In this document: piece after piece, positions 14,757 to 23,984 of the stretch
How positions within the stretch are numbered: position 1 is the stretch's first letter
Layout: each line of letters opens with the position of its first letter
From: an uncultured Nitrososphaerota archaeon
GTDB taxonomy: Archaea; Korarchaeota; Korarchaeia; Korarchaeales; Korarchaeaceae
DNA: 32,000 nucleotides
Assembly (NCBI GenBank): GCA_964480775.1
Contig: CAYZRF010000013.1
Span: 1 to 32,000 of the forward strand
Reading direction: 5' to 3'
Translations under genes and position numbers: made by a program
The notes under the pieces: model-generated
The model's input: the letters and a program-made list of their open reading frames with translations, nothing else
The model's database searches: none
What the model was told of the DNA's origin: nothing

Positions 14757-15470
14757 ATGGGTGTACTGTCTAAAAGAGTTGTTTTGATTATTTTTCTTGC
14801 GTTAGTGGTTATCGCTTCTGCTGTGTTTCTTATCCCTAGTAGAAGTAGGTCCAGAGTAATCCATGAAGCAGAGGGCGTTATAGCACTACCAGAGCCCAAA
14901 TTAAAAGGAAAACTGACAGTTGAAGAGGCTTTGCATTCAAGAAGATCCATCAGAAAGTATTCAAGCGAGTCCCTCGCTTTGGAGGAAATATCACAGCTCC
15001 TGTGGGCTGGTCAAGGAATAACAGCTGAATGGGGAGGTAGAACAGCCCCTTCAGCTGGAGCAACATACCCTCTAACACTTTATTTGATTGCTGAGGATGT
15101 CAAAGGTCTAGAACCTGGAGTATATGTCTATGAGCCAGAAAATCATTGCCTTATTACACGTCTAAAAGGGAGTTTTAAGGAAGATCTGTTTGAAGCATGC
15201 CTGAAACAAGATTGCGTAAAACTAGCTCCCGCATATATTATTATAGTTGCAAAGTATGAGAGGACGACTCAGAGATATGGAGAAAGGGGAATAAGATACG
15301 TCCATATTGAAGTAGGATGCGTAGTTCAAAACATCTACCTCCAATCTACTTCCTTGGACCTTGCAACCGTTTGCATTGGGGCATTTATTGACGAAGAAAT
15401 ATCTTCGATACTGGGGCTTGAAAAATCAGAGTCTCCTTTGATTGTAATGCCAGTAGGTCACAAACCTTGA
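14757..15470 (+). CDS. SagB-type dehydrogenase / nitroreductase-family flavoprotein with an N-terminal hydrophobic anchor
   Basis: LTVEEALHSRRSIRKYSSESLALEEISQLLWAGQGIT...GGRTAPSAGATYPLTLYL...GVYVYEPENHCL...YERTTQRYGERGIRYVHIEVGCVVQNIYLQSTSLDLATVCIGAF...PLIVMPVG is a strong match to the SagB/ThcOx-type nitroreductase pattern. The start is taken at ATG 14757 (MGVLSKRVVLIIFLALVVIASAVFLI). The track ORF starts at TTG 14733. A TATA-like ATATAAAAA sits at 14706-14714. Confidence 0.85.
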   Translation: MGVLSKRVVLIIFLALVVIASAVFLIPSRSRSRVIHEAEGVIALPEPKLKGKLTVEEALHSRRSIRKYSSESLALEEISQLLWAGQGITAEWGGRTAPSAGATYPLTLYLIAEDVKGLEPGVYVYEPENHCLITRLKGSFKEDLFEACLKQDCVKLAPAYIIIVAKYERTTQRYGERGIRYVHIEVGCVVQNIYLQSTSLDLATVCIGAFIDEEISSILGLEKSESPLIVMPVGHKP

Positions 15471-15537
15471 TCCTTTAATTCAATAAATGTTGAACTATTT
15501 AGAAAAAGCTTTAAATCAAGAGATCTTAAAGATATAG

Positions 15538-16812
15538 ATGCGAAAACTTCACCTACTTCTAACTTTGGTGGTAATCGCTCTACCTACGCAACAAATTTGG
15601 GCATGTCCACCAACTGGGAGTCATCTAGGTGTGATAATAGAAGAAGCGCTACCACTGGAGGAGGTATTGGAAAAGCTTCAATTGATTGGGTTGAATGCTA
15701 GGCACGAGGTGATCCAACATAAACTCAAATCTGGAGAATATGCTTCTTTTGAGACTGTGGTATTTGAATTTGGTTTTTGGCTGCCTCCAGACTCCAACGA
15801 AGTTCAGACACCAAGAGCCGATGCCAGACTTTACATTGGGAATAAAAGCATGGCTCTCAAGATAAACACTACTCTTTCTGGCTCGCCTGATCCTCTTAAA
15901 AGGGCTCTAGCTTTACTTTACGAGGCTGGGGTGATTACTTACTTTCCAAAACAGAGAGACTTCATAAAAACAGACGGAAACAAAATGCCAGCCGATGTAG
16001 TAATTACCTGGGCTAAGCAGGAACTTGACCTAGAACTAGACCAGCTCGTTCTAAGATGTCATCCTTCCGGGGCAGATCTAATAGTTTCTTCATTGATGGC
16101 ATCAAACGAGGTTGTGGTGTTAGCAAACGAAATAGATGCGGAGATCAGCTATCCAATTTTAAGAGAAGCTTTTATCTCTGCGGGCCTGAATCCTTCCCTA
16201 ATAGGACCCGAGGATCTCCAACAGCACATAGATGCTGGAATAATTGTGGTATTGGGTGGTCCTGAGGCATACGAAGGTGTGGGAAACATATCTGAATTTT
16301 TGCTACAGCCATCGGACTCTGAATACCTAAAGAAGGAGAGAGATTCCTACATCGTGTACGTGTCACAGCCATTCTTTGAAGGGCAAAATATATTTGTTCT
16401 AGCTGGAAGCGACAGGTATAACACCAAAAAGGCTGTAGAGATCTTTATAGAAGACTTTCTCAAAGATTTGGTGGAGCAAAGGCCCTTCGTTAGATATGGA
16501 TTTGATACAACTCACCTGGTGCTTACAAAAGATCCTGAGATACAGGGTTATCCCTGTATGCTTTTCATTGAGGTTTTCTCCACACTTAGAACTCCTTGTT
16601 ACAAACCGGTGGTGAACTTTCAGATTAGAGACAGTAAAATCGAAATTAAAGTAGAGTTCGTGCAATTACCAGTTATCTGCATTCAGGTTATATCTACAGG
16701 AGATTTGAGAATTTACATAGGAAATCTTCTGCCAGGAGATTATGAGGTAACGATATTCACTCCAGAAGGAAAGTTTGTAGAAAGCGTTTCCATACCCGCT
16801 TGCCGATCCTAG
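15538..16812 (+). CDS. Secreted or lipid-anchored hypothetical protein
   Basis: The 424-aa ORF has an N-terminal signal (MRKLHLLLTLVVIALPTQQIWAC, possibly a lipobox-like Cys). The middle region (IIVVLGGPEAYEGV, VLAGSDRYNTKKAVEIF) weakly recalls cell-wall-binding-repeat-2-type modules, and the C-terminus is beta-rich. The function is unknown. Confidence 0.6.
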   Translation: MRKLHLLLTLVVIALPTQQIWACPPTGSHLGVIIEEALPLEEVLEKLQLIGLNARHEVIQHKLKSGEYASFETVVFEFGFWLPPDSNEVQTPRADARLYIGNKSMALKINTTLSGSPDPLKRALALLYEAGVITYFPKQRDFIKTDGNKMPADVVITWAKQELDLELDQLVLRCHPSGADLIVSSLMASNEVVVLANEIDAEISYPILREAFISAGLNPSLIGPEDLQQHIDAGIIVVLGGPEAYEGVGNISEFLLQPSDSEYLKKERDSYIVYVSQPFFEGQNIFVLAGSDRYNTKKAVEIFIEDFLKDLVEQRPFVRYGFDTTHLVLTKDPEIQGYPCMLFIEVFSTLRTPCYKPVVNFQIRDSKIEIKVEFVQLPVICIQVISTGDLRIYIGNLLPGDYEVTIFTPEGKFVESVSIPACRS

Positions 16813-16814
16813 AA

Positions 16815-17486
16815 TTACTGCAAAATAGCAGAAGGATCTGCTTCCGATACGATCAATCCATCCTCAATTATATATGCTTTAGAACATACCATTGAAACCA
16901 AAAGAGCATCATGAGTTGCAATAGCAATGCTTTTTCCATATTCTCTTAGTTTTTTCAGCAATTCCAAGACACTTGCCCTCCTTTTCCAATCTAAGTTCGT
17001 CATAGGTTCATCAAGAAGCAAGTAGGAAGGTTCAACTATAAGTGCCCTGGCAAGAGCCAAAAGCTGAGCTTGACCAGCCGAAAGAGTTCTAGCATCCTTT
17101 TCGGCTAATTCACTTATCCTCAACTCTTTCATGAGCTTAAGCGCCCTGTTTCTTGCTTCTTCTACCGGTATTCCCCTTATCTTAAGCCCAAAGACCACGT
17201 TATCTAAAACAGAACCTCTTAGAACTATTGGATTCTCATGAACATACACAATTTTTCTTCTAAGCTTGATTGCTTCCCTTTCTGCAAGCGTCCAGATGTT
17301 TTTACCTTCGACAAGGACCTCTCCCTTTTTTGGCTTGTATATGCCTGCCATCAACTTTAAGATGGTCGTTTTGCCAGATCCGTTGGGACCTACGAGAGCA
17401 ATGCTCTCATTTCCTAATGATAGACTTATTCCTTTAACTACTGGCTCCTTATCGTAGCTGTAGTAAATTTCTTTAAGCTTTATCAT
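16815..17486 (-). CDS. tupC: ABC transporter ATP-binding protein (tungstate/oxyanion transporter)
   Basis: The 223-aa ORF has Walker A GPNGSGKTT, the signature LSAGQAQ and Walker B LLLDEP. It overlaps the permease gene by 4 nt. Confidence 0.8.
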   Translation of the reverse strand: MIKLKEIYYSYDKEPVVKGISLSLGNESIALVGPNGSGKTTILKLMAGIYKPKKGEVLVEGKNIWTLAEREAIKLRRKIVYVHENPIVLRGSVLDNVVFGLKIRGIPVEEARNRALKLMKELRISELAEKDARTLSAGQAQLLALARALIVEPSYLLLDEPMTNLDWKRRASVLELLKKLREYGKSIAIATHDALLVSMVCSKAYIIEDGLIVSEADPSAILQ

Positions 17487-18121
17487 TTTCCACCACCAAC
17501 TATCCTTGAGATTGCAGTTATTGAGTAAGTTATCAACAGCAGTAGCCCTCCTAAAGAGAGAGCAAGATTAAATTCTCCCTTGGAAACTTCTAGAGCTATT
17601 GCTGTGGTCATGACCCTTGTGAATCCCTTTATGTTCCCCCCTAGCATTAAAGCGACCCCTAGCTCGCCTATTGCCCTGTTAAATGTAATAAGGGACGCAT
17701 TTAATAGCTTAGGAATAGTCTCCTTAAGCAACGTCGAAGAAGCCTGGTGACTCATTGCGCCAAGAGACATAGCAAGTTCCCAAACTGCCCTTTTCTCTCT
17801 TTCTAATGATTGATATGCAAAGGACACCAAAAGAGGAGTTATCAAAACAGCCTGTCCAAGTGATATAGCGAGGGGTGTGTACAGGAGCCTTAGTCCACCC
17901 AGCGGTCCAGACCTTGAAAATAAAAAATAGAGGGCAAGTCCAACTACTACCGTTGGAACGCCTACCAAGGCCCTAAAGGCATCTAATATGAGCTTCTTGC
18001 CTCTAAAATCATCGGTTACTAGCTTAAGCGAAAGAGGAATGCCCCAAACAGCTGCTAGTACGGTAGCTAGACCTGAAACAGCTATAGACCTTAAGGCAAT
18101 CTCTAAAACATCCTTAAACAT
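17483..18121 (-). CDS. tupB: ABC transporter permease (tungstate/oxyanion transporter)
   Basis: This 212-aa five/six-helix permease lies between the TupA-like and ATPase genes, in translationally coupled spacing. Confidence 0.75.
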   Translation of the reverse strand: MFKDVLEIALRSIAVSGLATVLAAVWGIPLSLKLVTDDFRGKKLILDAFRALVGVPTVVVGLALYFLFSRSGPLGGLRLLYTPLAISLGQAVLITPLLVSFAYQSLEREKRAVWELAMSLGAMSHQASSTLLKETIPKLLNASLITFNRAIGELGVALMLGGNIKGFTRVMTTAIALEVSKGEFNLALSLGGLLLLITYSITAISRIVGGGK

Positions 18122-18130
18122 GTTTATTCC

Positions 18131-19018
18131 TTACCCACCAGTTAGCTGAACCCATGCGTCTCTTAAACTACCATCCGGGTCGCCGTTAGCTGGATAAAAT
18201 AAAGGAACTCCAAATTCTGCTACTCCATAACTTCCTATAAAGCTTTGAATCTCGTCTGATAGGACATATTGCTGAAATTCACGTGCTAAATTCTCATTAA
18301 TTCCCTTTATAACCTCAGAATTGACTACGTAAACACTATATATGTTCAAAAGCTCCTTTCCCTGGGTTACCAAAGGAGTTAGGCAACTTAGCTTTGAACT
18401 CAGCTTAAGGTAGGTTCCAACGTCCGACAAGGTGTATGCCCTGTATTCATTGGCTATCATGAGAGTTTGCGCCATGCCAGTTCCTGATTCTATGTACCAG
18501 TTTTTTCCAGAGGGGTTAAGTCCAGCAAGACTCCATAACCAGAGTTCCCTATTATGAGTTCCCGAGTTATCCCCTCTTGAAACGAACTTCGCATTACCAG
18601 CCTCGCCTGCTTCGTAAATGGCTATCATGGCATTTATTGGCTCCATCTCCTTTATTCCAGCAGGGTCATCTTTTGGGCCTAGGATTATGAACGTGTTATA
18701 AGCAAAGATCTCCCCAAATTTCAGAACTCCTTTTTCCAAGTATTTCTTCTCTAAGTTTGGAGCATGAACGAAGGTCATATCAACATCGCCGTTCTCTGCT
18801 TTTTTCAAGGCTTCTCCGCTCCCTACAGGAGTGAACTCTATTATTACTCCAGGATGCTTCTCTTGAAACTTCTCTGCGAGCTCCTCCAGAAGGCCGGTAG
18901 CATAGAGACTAGTGGTCGTAGAGACTCTTAGCGTAACTGGAGCCCTTGTTACCTGCCAGACATAGGTAGCGGCAATCAGACCGAAGACTAAGGCCATAGT
19001 AAGGAGTCGCTGGTGCAT
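18131..19018 (-). CDS. tupA: Tungstate-binding periplasmic-type protein (TupA family)
   Basis: The 295-aa ORF has a signal/anchor (MHQRLLTMALVFGLIAATYV) followed by VSTTTSLYATGLLEELAEKF. TupA proteins carry a conserved TTTS motif, and the size also fits TupA rather than WtpA or ModA. Confidence 0.75.
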   Translation of the reverse strand: MHQRLLTMALVFGLIAATYVWQVTRAPVTLRVSTTTSLYATGLLEELAEKFQEKHPGVIIEFTPVGSGEALKKAENGDVDMTFVHAPNLEKKYLEKGVLKFGEIFAYNTFIILGPKDDPAGIKEMEPINAMIAIYEAGEAGNAKFVSRGDNSGTHNRELWLWSLAGLNPSGKNWYIESGTGMAQTLMIANEYRAYTLSDVGTYLKLSSKLSCLTPLVTQGKELLNIYSVYVVNSEVIKGINENLAREFQQYVLSDEIQSFIGSYGVAEFGVPLFYPANGDPDGSLRDAWVQLTGG

Positions 19019-19026
19019 TTATAATC

Positions 19027-19042
19027 TATCCGCTATCGGATA
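19027..19042. promoter_or_regulatory. Inverted repeat TATCCG-CTAT-CGGATA between a TATA-like box and the tupA start codon (candidate operator)
   Basis: The 6-bp arms are perfect with a 4-nt spacer, 9 nt upstream of the ATG at 19018. A TATA-like AT-rich box (minus sense ATTTAAATATTA) lies at about 19047-19058. The whole promoter is squeezed into a 50-nt gap. Confidence 0.3.
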
Positions 19043-19068
19043 ACGAATAATATTTAAATCCTCCGTGC

Positions 19069-19698
19069 CTAGGCTCTACAGCTATTCAGTTTGCCCTCTA
19101 CGAAGATCATCGATGATGTATTCTCCTTTTCTGCAAGTACATCAAACATTCCGAAGAGATCAATTTTGGCTTCTATGACTGAGAGATTATGAACTCTCAA
19201 AAACTCGATTATCCTCTTTGAACCTAAAGGCTTTGAGTGTAATCCCGAGGCTCTTTCTAAGAACGATATAAACCTTGCAAAACGGTGATCTCCATCAAGA
19301 TCGAATATAGCAAGCCTACCTCGGGGTTTTATTATTCTAATAGCTTCTGAAAGAGCTTTTTCTGCCAAAGGCATATGATGAAGAGAGTCGAAAAAGTAAA
19401 CTAGATCGGCAAAGGAATCTGGTAAAGGTATATATCTAGAATCTGCGACGATCACCTCTACGTTAGAATGTCCTTCAAGCCTTTTTTTAGCAGCTTTAGC
19501 CATTCCGTAGTCGAGATCGACGAGATATAGTTTCTCGAAAGAATTAGCCACTAGTTCTGCAGCGAGGCCGTAACCAGACCCTATGTCTACACCCACCTTT
19601 AAAGGCCCTTGATTCTTCACTAATCTGACCAGAGGCTTGTAGATTCCCTTACCAGAGATTTTGTAGGCTATTCTGTAGACAAGGGGTGTTTTAGACAT
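19069..19698 (-). CDS. Class I SAM-dependent methyltransferase
   Basis: The 209-aa ORF has motif I VDIGSGYGLAAELV, an acidic loop LVDLD, and post-I/II motifs VYFFDSLHHM and IKPRGRLAIFD. Confidence 0.8.
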   Translation of the reverse strand: MSKTPLVYRIAYKISGKGIYKPLVRLVKNQGPLKVGVDIGSGYGLAAELVANSFEKLYLVDLDYGMAKAAKKRLEGHSNVEVIVADSRYIPLPDSFADLVYFFDSLHHMPLAEKALSEAIRIIKPRGRLAIFDLDGDHRFARFISFLERASGLHSKPLGSKRIIEFLRVHNLSVIEAKIDLFGMFDVLAEKENTSSMIFVEGKLNSCRA

Positions 19699-19943
19699 CT
19701 TTAGTATTTACACAGCAAGCTAATTATTAACGCATCCGTTCTTTCCTCTCAAGGATGAATGGCATCTTGCAATTATTCAAAGGCTCTTTTCCTTTGTTAG
19801 GAAGGAGATCGTGTTCAGATCGAAAATATCTCTAAACTAGCAAGAAATTTCCTTTAAAGAGCGCTCTCTTCAATATGAAGAAGGTTAAGCAGATTCCATC
19901 AAATCTATAATATTTCAGAAACTCACGCATTTGGCGGTCAACT

Positions 19944-21713
19944 GTGGAAGAATTCGATTTAGTTATTAACGGCGGTATCATTGTCGATGGGACTGGTTCC
20001 CCTGCTTTCAAGGGATCGGTAGGGATAAAGGGAGAAAAAATAGCTACTATAAGATCTAATGAGCTTAAAGGATACGAGACGATAGATGCGTCGAACTTGG
20101 TAATTGCCCCAGGCTTCATAGATGCTCATTCTCATGCTGACAAGACAATTCCCTTCTTTCCAACAGCCGATAATTACGTTATGCAGGGTATAACGACGAC
20201 CGTTGGGGGAAACTGTGGCAACACAATTGCTCCAATACTTGAGTGGTGGCCTCCCAACATGTTCTGGGATTTGGACATAATATACCGGCTGAGTCCCTAC
20301 AAATACTACTTCGATGGCATGTTTCCAGCCAACGAGGTTAAAAGGATGGTGAAAAAACGCTATGAGGTCGATATAGCGTGGGGAGGCTTTGCGGATTTTC
20401 TTAACTGGTTGGAAGAAAGGAAGATATCAGTTAACCATGTGCCTCTCGTAGGTCACAACACAATAAGAGCGGAAGTTATGGGCCCTGAATGGAAGAGGGA
20501 CCCGACTGAGCAAGAGCTAAAGAAAATGAAGGAACTTGTAAAGGAGGCTATGGAGGCGGGTGCATTTGGCCTCTCCACAGGACTTGATTATCAACCCGGC
20601 GTTTTTTCTAAAACCGAGGAAATAGTTGAATTAGTCAAAGTCATCAAGGAATATGGAGGTATTTATGCAACTCACTGGAGGAGAACCGGACTCAGGAGGG
20701 AAAGGGCCAAGCCCATAACCGAGAAAATAAAAGGAATCATTGAGGCAGTAGAAATAGCCAAAAAAACAGGTGTCCCCGTTCAGATATCCCACATCACTCT
20801 TGGATATACAATATTGCCTCTTCCTCCTAAGGATTTGATAGAAGCAGCTGTTAAAGCAACTCTTAGGGTAATAGATGAAGCTAGGGCTGAAGGCATTAGA
20901 GTCCATTTTGACATAATCCCAAACACTACTGGAGGAACCATGACATCAATCTATTTGGCAAACACCCTCCTTCCGTGGGTAAAAGTTGCAGGTTCCAGGG
21001 AAAGGCTTGCTTCTGCGCTCAAGATGAAGGATTTCAGGGAAGAGATTAGATCTATAATAGCAGCTGGCAAGTGGTGGGGATTAAACCCAATAATCAATCC
21101 ATATTGGGCTCAAACAATTAAGATAGTGGCCTGTAAGGTTGAGAAATGGGTTGGAAAAACTATAGATGAAATAGCTAAACTTGAAGGCATTGATAGCATA
21201 GAAGCCCTATTTAGAGTGCTTATGGAGGACCCAGACACAAAGGCAAGAAGGCTTGGCTTGAGAACGGATCACGAAATAGCAGCTTTCTTCAAGCACGAAT
21301 GTTGTATGGTTGGCCTTGATACATATGCTTTCGACGACAAATGGGAAATGAAGGGACCACCTTTCTATTTACCGCATCCTAACACATATGGAGGGATGGC
21401 AAGGTATTTTAGGAGATATTATAGAGAAATGAAAGTCTTAAGCTTGGTTGAGGCCGTACGAAGAGTTACAAGTCTCCCTGCTAGCGTGTTTGGCCTTAAG
21501 GAGAGAGGAGTTCTCAAACCGGGTTCGTATGCTGATATCGTGGTGTTTGATCCGAACACCATAGGCGACATTGAGGATCCCTTAGAACCAAGGAAATATC
21601 CTAAAGGGATACACTACGTCATTGTTAACGGAAAAATAGTGGTCAAAAATGGGCGTCATACAGGAGAAAGGCCTGGGAAAGTGTTCAGACATAACTTGGC
21701 ATTGAATGACTGA
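19944..21713 (+). CDS. N-acyl-D-amino-acid deacylase (D-aminoacylase) family amidohydrolase
   Basis: The 589-aa ORF has a GTG start. The N-terminus DLVINGGIIVDGTGSPAFKGSVGIKGEKIATI...VIAPGFIDAHSHAD and the C-terminus GVLKPGSYADIVVFDPNTI...GIHYVIVNGKIVVKNG are the typical D-aminoacylase frame. Confidence 0.85.
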   Translation: MEEFDLVINGGIIVDGTGSPAFKGSVGIKGEKIATIRSNELKGYETIDASNLVIAPGFIDAHSHADKTIPFFPTADNYVMQGITTTVGGNCGNTIAPILEWWPPNMFWDLDIIYRLSPYKYYFDGMFPANEVKRMVKKRYEVDIAWGGFADFLNWLEERKISVNHVPLVGHNTIRAEVMGPEWKRDPTEQELKKMKELVKEAMEAGAFGLSTGLDYQPGVFSKTEEIVELVKVIKEYGGIYATHWRRTGLRRERAKPITEKIKGIIEAVEIAKKTGVPVQISHITLGYTILPLPPKDLIEAAVKATLRVIDEARAEGIRVHFDIIPNTTGGTMTSIYLANTLLPWVKVAGSRERLASALKMKDFREEIRSIIAAGKWWGLNPIINPYWAQTIKIVACKVEKWVGKTIDEIAKLEGIDSIEALFRVLMEDPDTKARRLGLRTDHEIAAFFKHECCMVGLDTYAFDDKWEMKGPPFYLPHPNTYGGMARYFRRYYREMKVLSLVEAVRRVTSLPASVFGLKERGVLKPGSYADIVVFDPNTIGDIEDPLEPRKYPKGIHYVIVNGKIVVKNGRHTGERPGKVFRHNLALND

Positions 21714-21770
21714 TAACCAGTCGAACTTAAAAGCAAAAGGCAAACGCAGGAATGTGCAAGGTGATTTCTT

Positions 21771-22520
21771 GTGTGTAGAATGGCTGCGATAATTTCTTTG
21801 AATCCTTTAAAGACAAATGCCCTTGTGGGCTGGCTGTCAGATCTTGCCCTCCGTAAAAACCAGTGTGACGGATGGGGATTCACCGCTTATAAGAAATCGA
21901 ACCTTATCATGTACTTTAGGGAGCCAACACCCATATGGGAGAGGCCTCCCATACATTTTCCCATTGCAGATGTGGCTGTAGTTCACGTAAGAAAGGCTTC
22001 TGAAGGATCTGTTACTTTTCTAAATTCTCACCCCTTTATCAGAGTATTTGAAGGAAGATGTTGGTCCTTCTGTCATAATGGTAGCTTCAAAAAAGACGTC
22101 CTTCAAAAAGACCTCAAATACGATCCCATAGGAGAAACTGACAGTGAAGTCCTCTTTCTTTATATCTTGGATCATCTAAAGAATCTGAAAGATCCAACTG
22201 AAATTTTAGATGCTTTATTAGAGCTCTCAAAGGAGTTAAAGGAAAGAAAAGACGAACTTAATATGAGTGCTGTAAACTTCATTTTAACTAACGGTTCTGC
22301 TTTGTTTGCTCTTAGAGCAGCTCGCAAGAAGGAAGAATGGTTTACTTTATGCACTAAAGACGTTGAGACAAAACCTCCTTTAAGGGTCGCAAAATATTCG
22401 ATCATATCATCAGAACCTCTTCCCACAGGGTCTGAAGACTGGGAGCCCCTGTCAAACTGGACTCTTGTGGGAAGATGGTTTGAAGAAGGAGAACTTATCA
22501 GGAAGAAAATAAACCTATAA
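21771..22520 (+). CDS. Class-II (Ntn) glutamine amidotransferase-like protein, stand-alone YafJ/EgtC-type
   Basis: The ORF is 249 aa. GTG-TGT at 21771-21776 gives Met-Cys, providing the N-terminal nucleophile Cys required by this fold. Other matches are DGWGF, HVRKASEGSV...NSHPF and GETDSEVLF. Confidence 0.75.
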   Translation: MCRMAAIISLNPLKTNALVGWLSDLALRKNQCDGWGFTAYKKSNLIMYFREPTPIWERPPIHFPIADVAVVHVRKASEGSVTFLNSHPFIRVFEGRCWSFCHNGSFKKDVLQKDLKYDPIGETDSEVLFLYILDHLKNLKDPTEILDALLELSKELKERKDELNMSAVNFILTNGSALFALRAARKKEEWFTLCTKDVETKPPLRVAKYSIISSEPLPTGSEDWEPLSNWTLVGRWFEEGELIRKKINL

Positions 22521-22669
22521 GATAGCTTAAATCACTACCAGATCAGATCATGGCTCTTATTAATGAATTTGAACTAAATTGTTGATATGATCTCTAATCC
22601 GTAATGTGCTTTTTCAAAGTTTTCTTAGAGAACTTTATTAGATTTCATAAAACGATTTGTAGGGCCATT

Positions 22670-23971
22670 ATGTCAGATGAGGATATAAAAGAAGAGGTAA
22701 CGGATCTCTTATCTAAGTTAATCAAGATAGACACAACAAACCCGCCAGGAAATGAGACTCCTGCAGCCGAACTCCTTTACGACTACCTTTCCTCCGAAGG
22801 ATATGAACCAGAAATCCTAGAGCACGTAGAAGGAAGAGGAAATCTTATAACTAGTCTAAAAGGAGAGGGTAAAACTAGATTAATGCTCCTTTCTCATCTT
22901 GATGTTGTGCCTGCTGATCCAAGTAGATGGAAGGTCCATCCTTTCTCAGGAGAGGTTAGAGATGGTTTTATCTGGGGAAGGGGAGCGCATGACTGCAAGG
23001 GTTTAGTTGCATGTGAAGCAGTAGCGATGGCTATCCTTAAGAGAGAAGGTTTCAAGCCGAAAGGGGAAGTAATATTTGCAGCAACGGCAGATGAGGAAAG
23101 AGGAGCTTCAGCGGGAGTACGCTGGCTTGTTGAGGCACATCCAGACAAGGTTAGAGCCGACTACATGATAAACGAAGGGGGAGGTCTCGTCCTACCTCTT
23201 AAAGGGAAGAACCACTATTTCGTCCAAGTTGCCGAGAAAGGCGTTTTCTGGATTAAACTAAGGGTGAAGGGTAGATCAGCTCACTCCTCAATGCCTAAAG
23301 CTGGAGTTAATGCATTGATGAAGATGGTTGAGGTGTTACATAAGCTTGGTCTTTACAAACCGCCATCTGTGGCTACAAAAGAAATCAAAGAGTTCCTCAG
23401 AAGAACGGTTGGGAAATATGAAAAGATAGAGGAAGCTGTTGCTGCTCTAGAGAAGGAAAATTCCTGGCTAGCTGAAGGTGTAAGAACGAACATGATGATT
23501 ACGATGGTTCCTACCATGATAAAAGCTGGAGTAAAGGAGAATGTTATACCAGATGAATGTGAGACGGTTATAGACTGCAGGCTTCCCTCTGACTTTGGAT
23601 TCGATTACTTGAAGGACCAACTTCAGAAAGCCCTAGGAAGTCTTGAGGGTATTGAAATAGAGACAATAGGAGCAGATCCAGGAACTTCTTCTCCCTACGA
23701 CACGGATTTCTTCAGAAAAATAGAGGCTTCTGTATCAAAATTTGACCCGGAAGCTGTCTGTGTTCCTAGCACGTCTAACGGAGGGACGGATAGTAGGTTT
23801 TTCAGGACAAAGTTCGGTACAATTGCATACGGATTCAGAGTAACGAAGCTGGATGTTCCATTAGAAGAGCAAAGTAAGATGGTTCACGGGGTTGACGAAA
23901 GGATAAGCCAAGAAAACCTCGTATATAGGACAAAGATCCTAGTAGACGTGATAAAGAGAGTTATGAGCTAG
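22670..23971 (+). CDS. M20-family metallopeptidase/deacylase (ArgE/DapE/CPG2-like)
   Basis: The motifs IDTTNPPGNE, LLSHLDVVPAD, GRGAHDCKG, ATADEERG and NEGGG place it in the M20 family. The start is taken at ATG 22670 (MSDEDIKEEV), and the 22 residues added by the longest ORF look non-coding. Confidence 0.85.
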   Translation: MSDEDIKEEVTDLLSKLIKIDTTNPPGNETPAAELLYDYLSSEGYEPEILEHVEGRGNLITSLKGEGKTRLMLLSHLDVVPADPSRWKVHPFSGEVRDGFIWGRGAHDCKGLVACEAVAMAILKREGFKPKGEVIFAATADEERGASAGVRWLVEAHPDKVRADYMINEGGGLVLPLKGKNHYFVQVAEKGVFWIKLRVKGRSAHSSMPKAGVNALMKMVEVLHKLGLYKPPSVATKEIKEFLRRTVGKYEKIEEAVAALEKENSWLAEGVRTNMMITMVPTMIKAGVKENVIPDECETVIDCRLPSDFGFDYLKDQLQKALGSLEGIEIETIGADPGTSSPYDTDFFRKIEASVSKFDPEAVCVPSTSNGGTDSRFFRTKFGTIAYGFRVTKLDVPLEEQSKMVHGVDERISQENLVYRTKILVDVIKRVMS

Positions 23972-23984
23972 AAACAGACCCTAG

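Noticed and set aside
14733-15470. The SagB-type dehydrogenase as a marker of a thiazole/oxazole-modified peptide (TOMM) biosynthetic cluster.
   Set aside because: No YcaO/cyclodehydratase, docking protein, precursor-peptide ORF or dedicated exporter is adjacent. Stand-alone SagB-type nitroreductases are common outside TOMM clusters.
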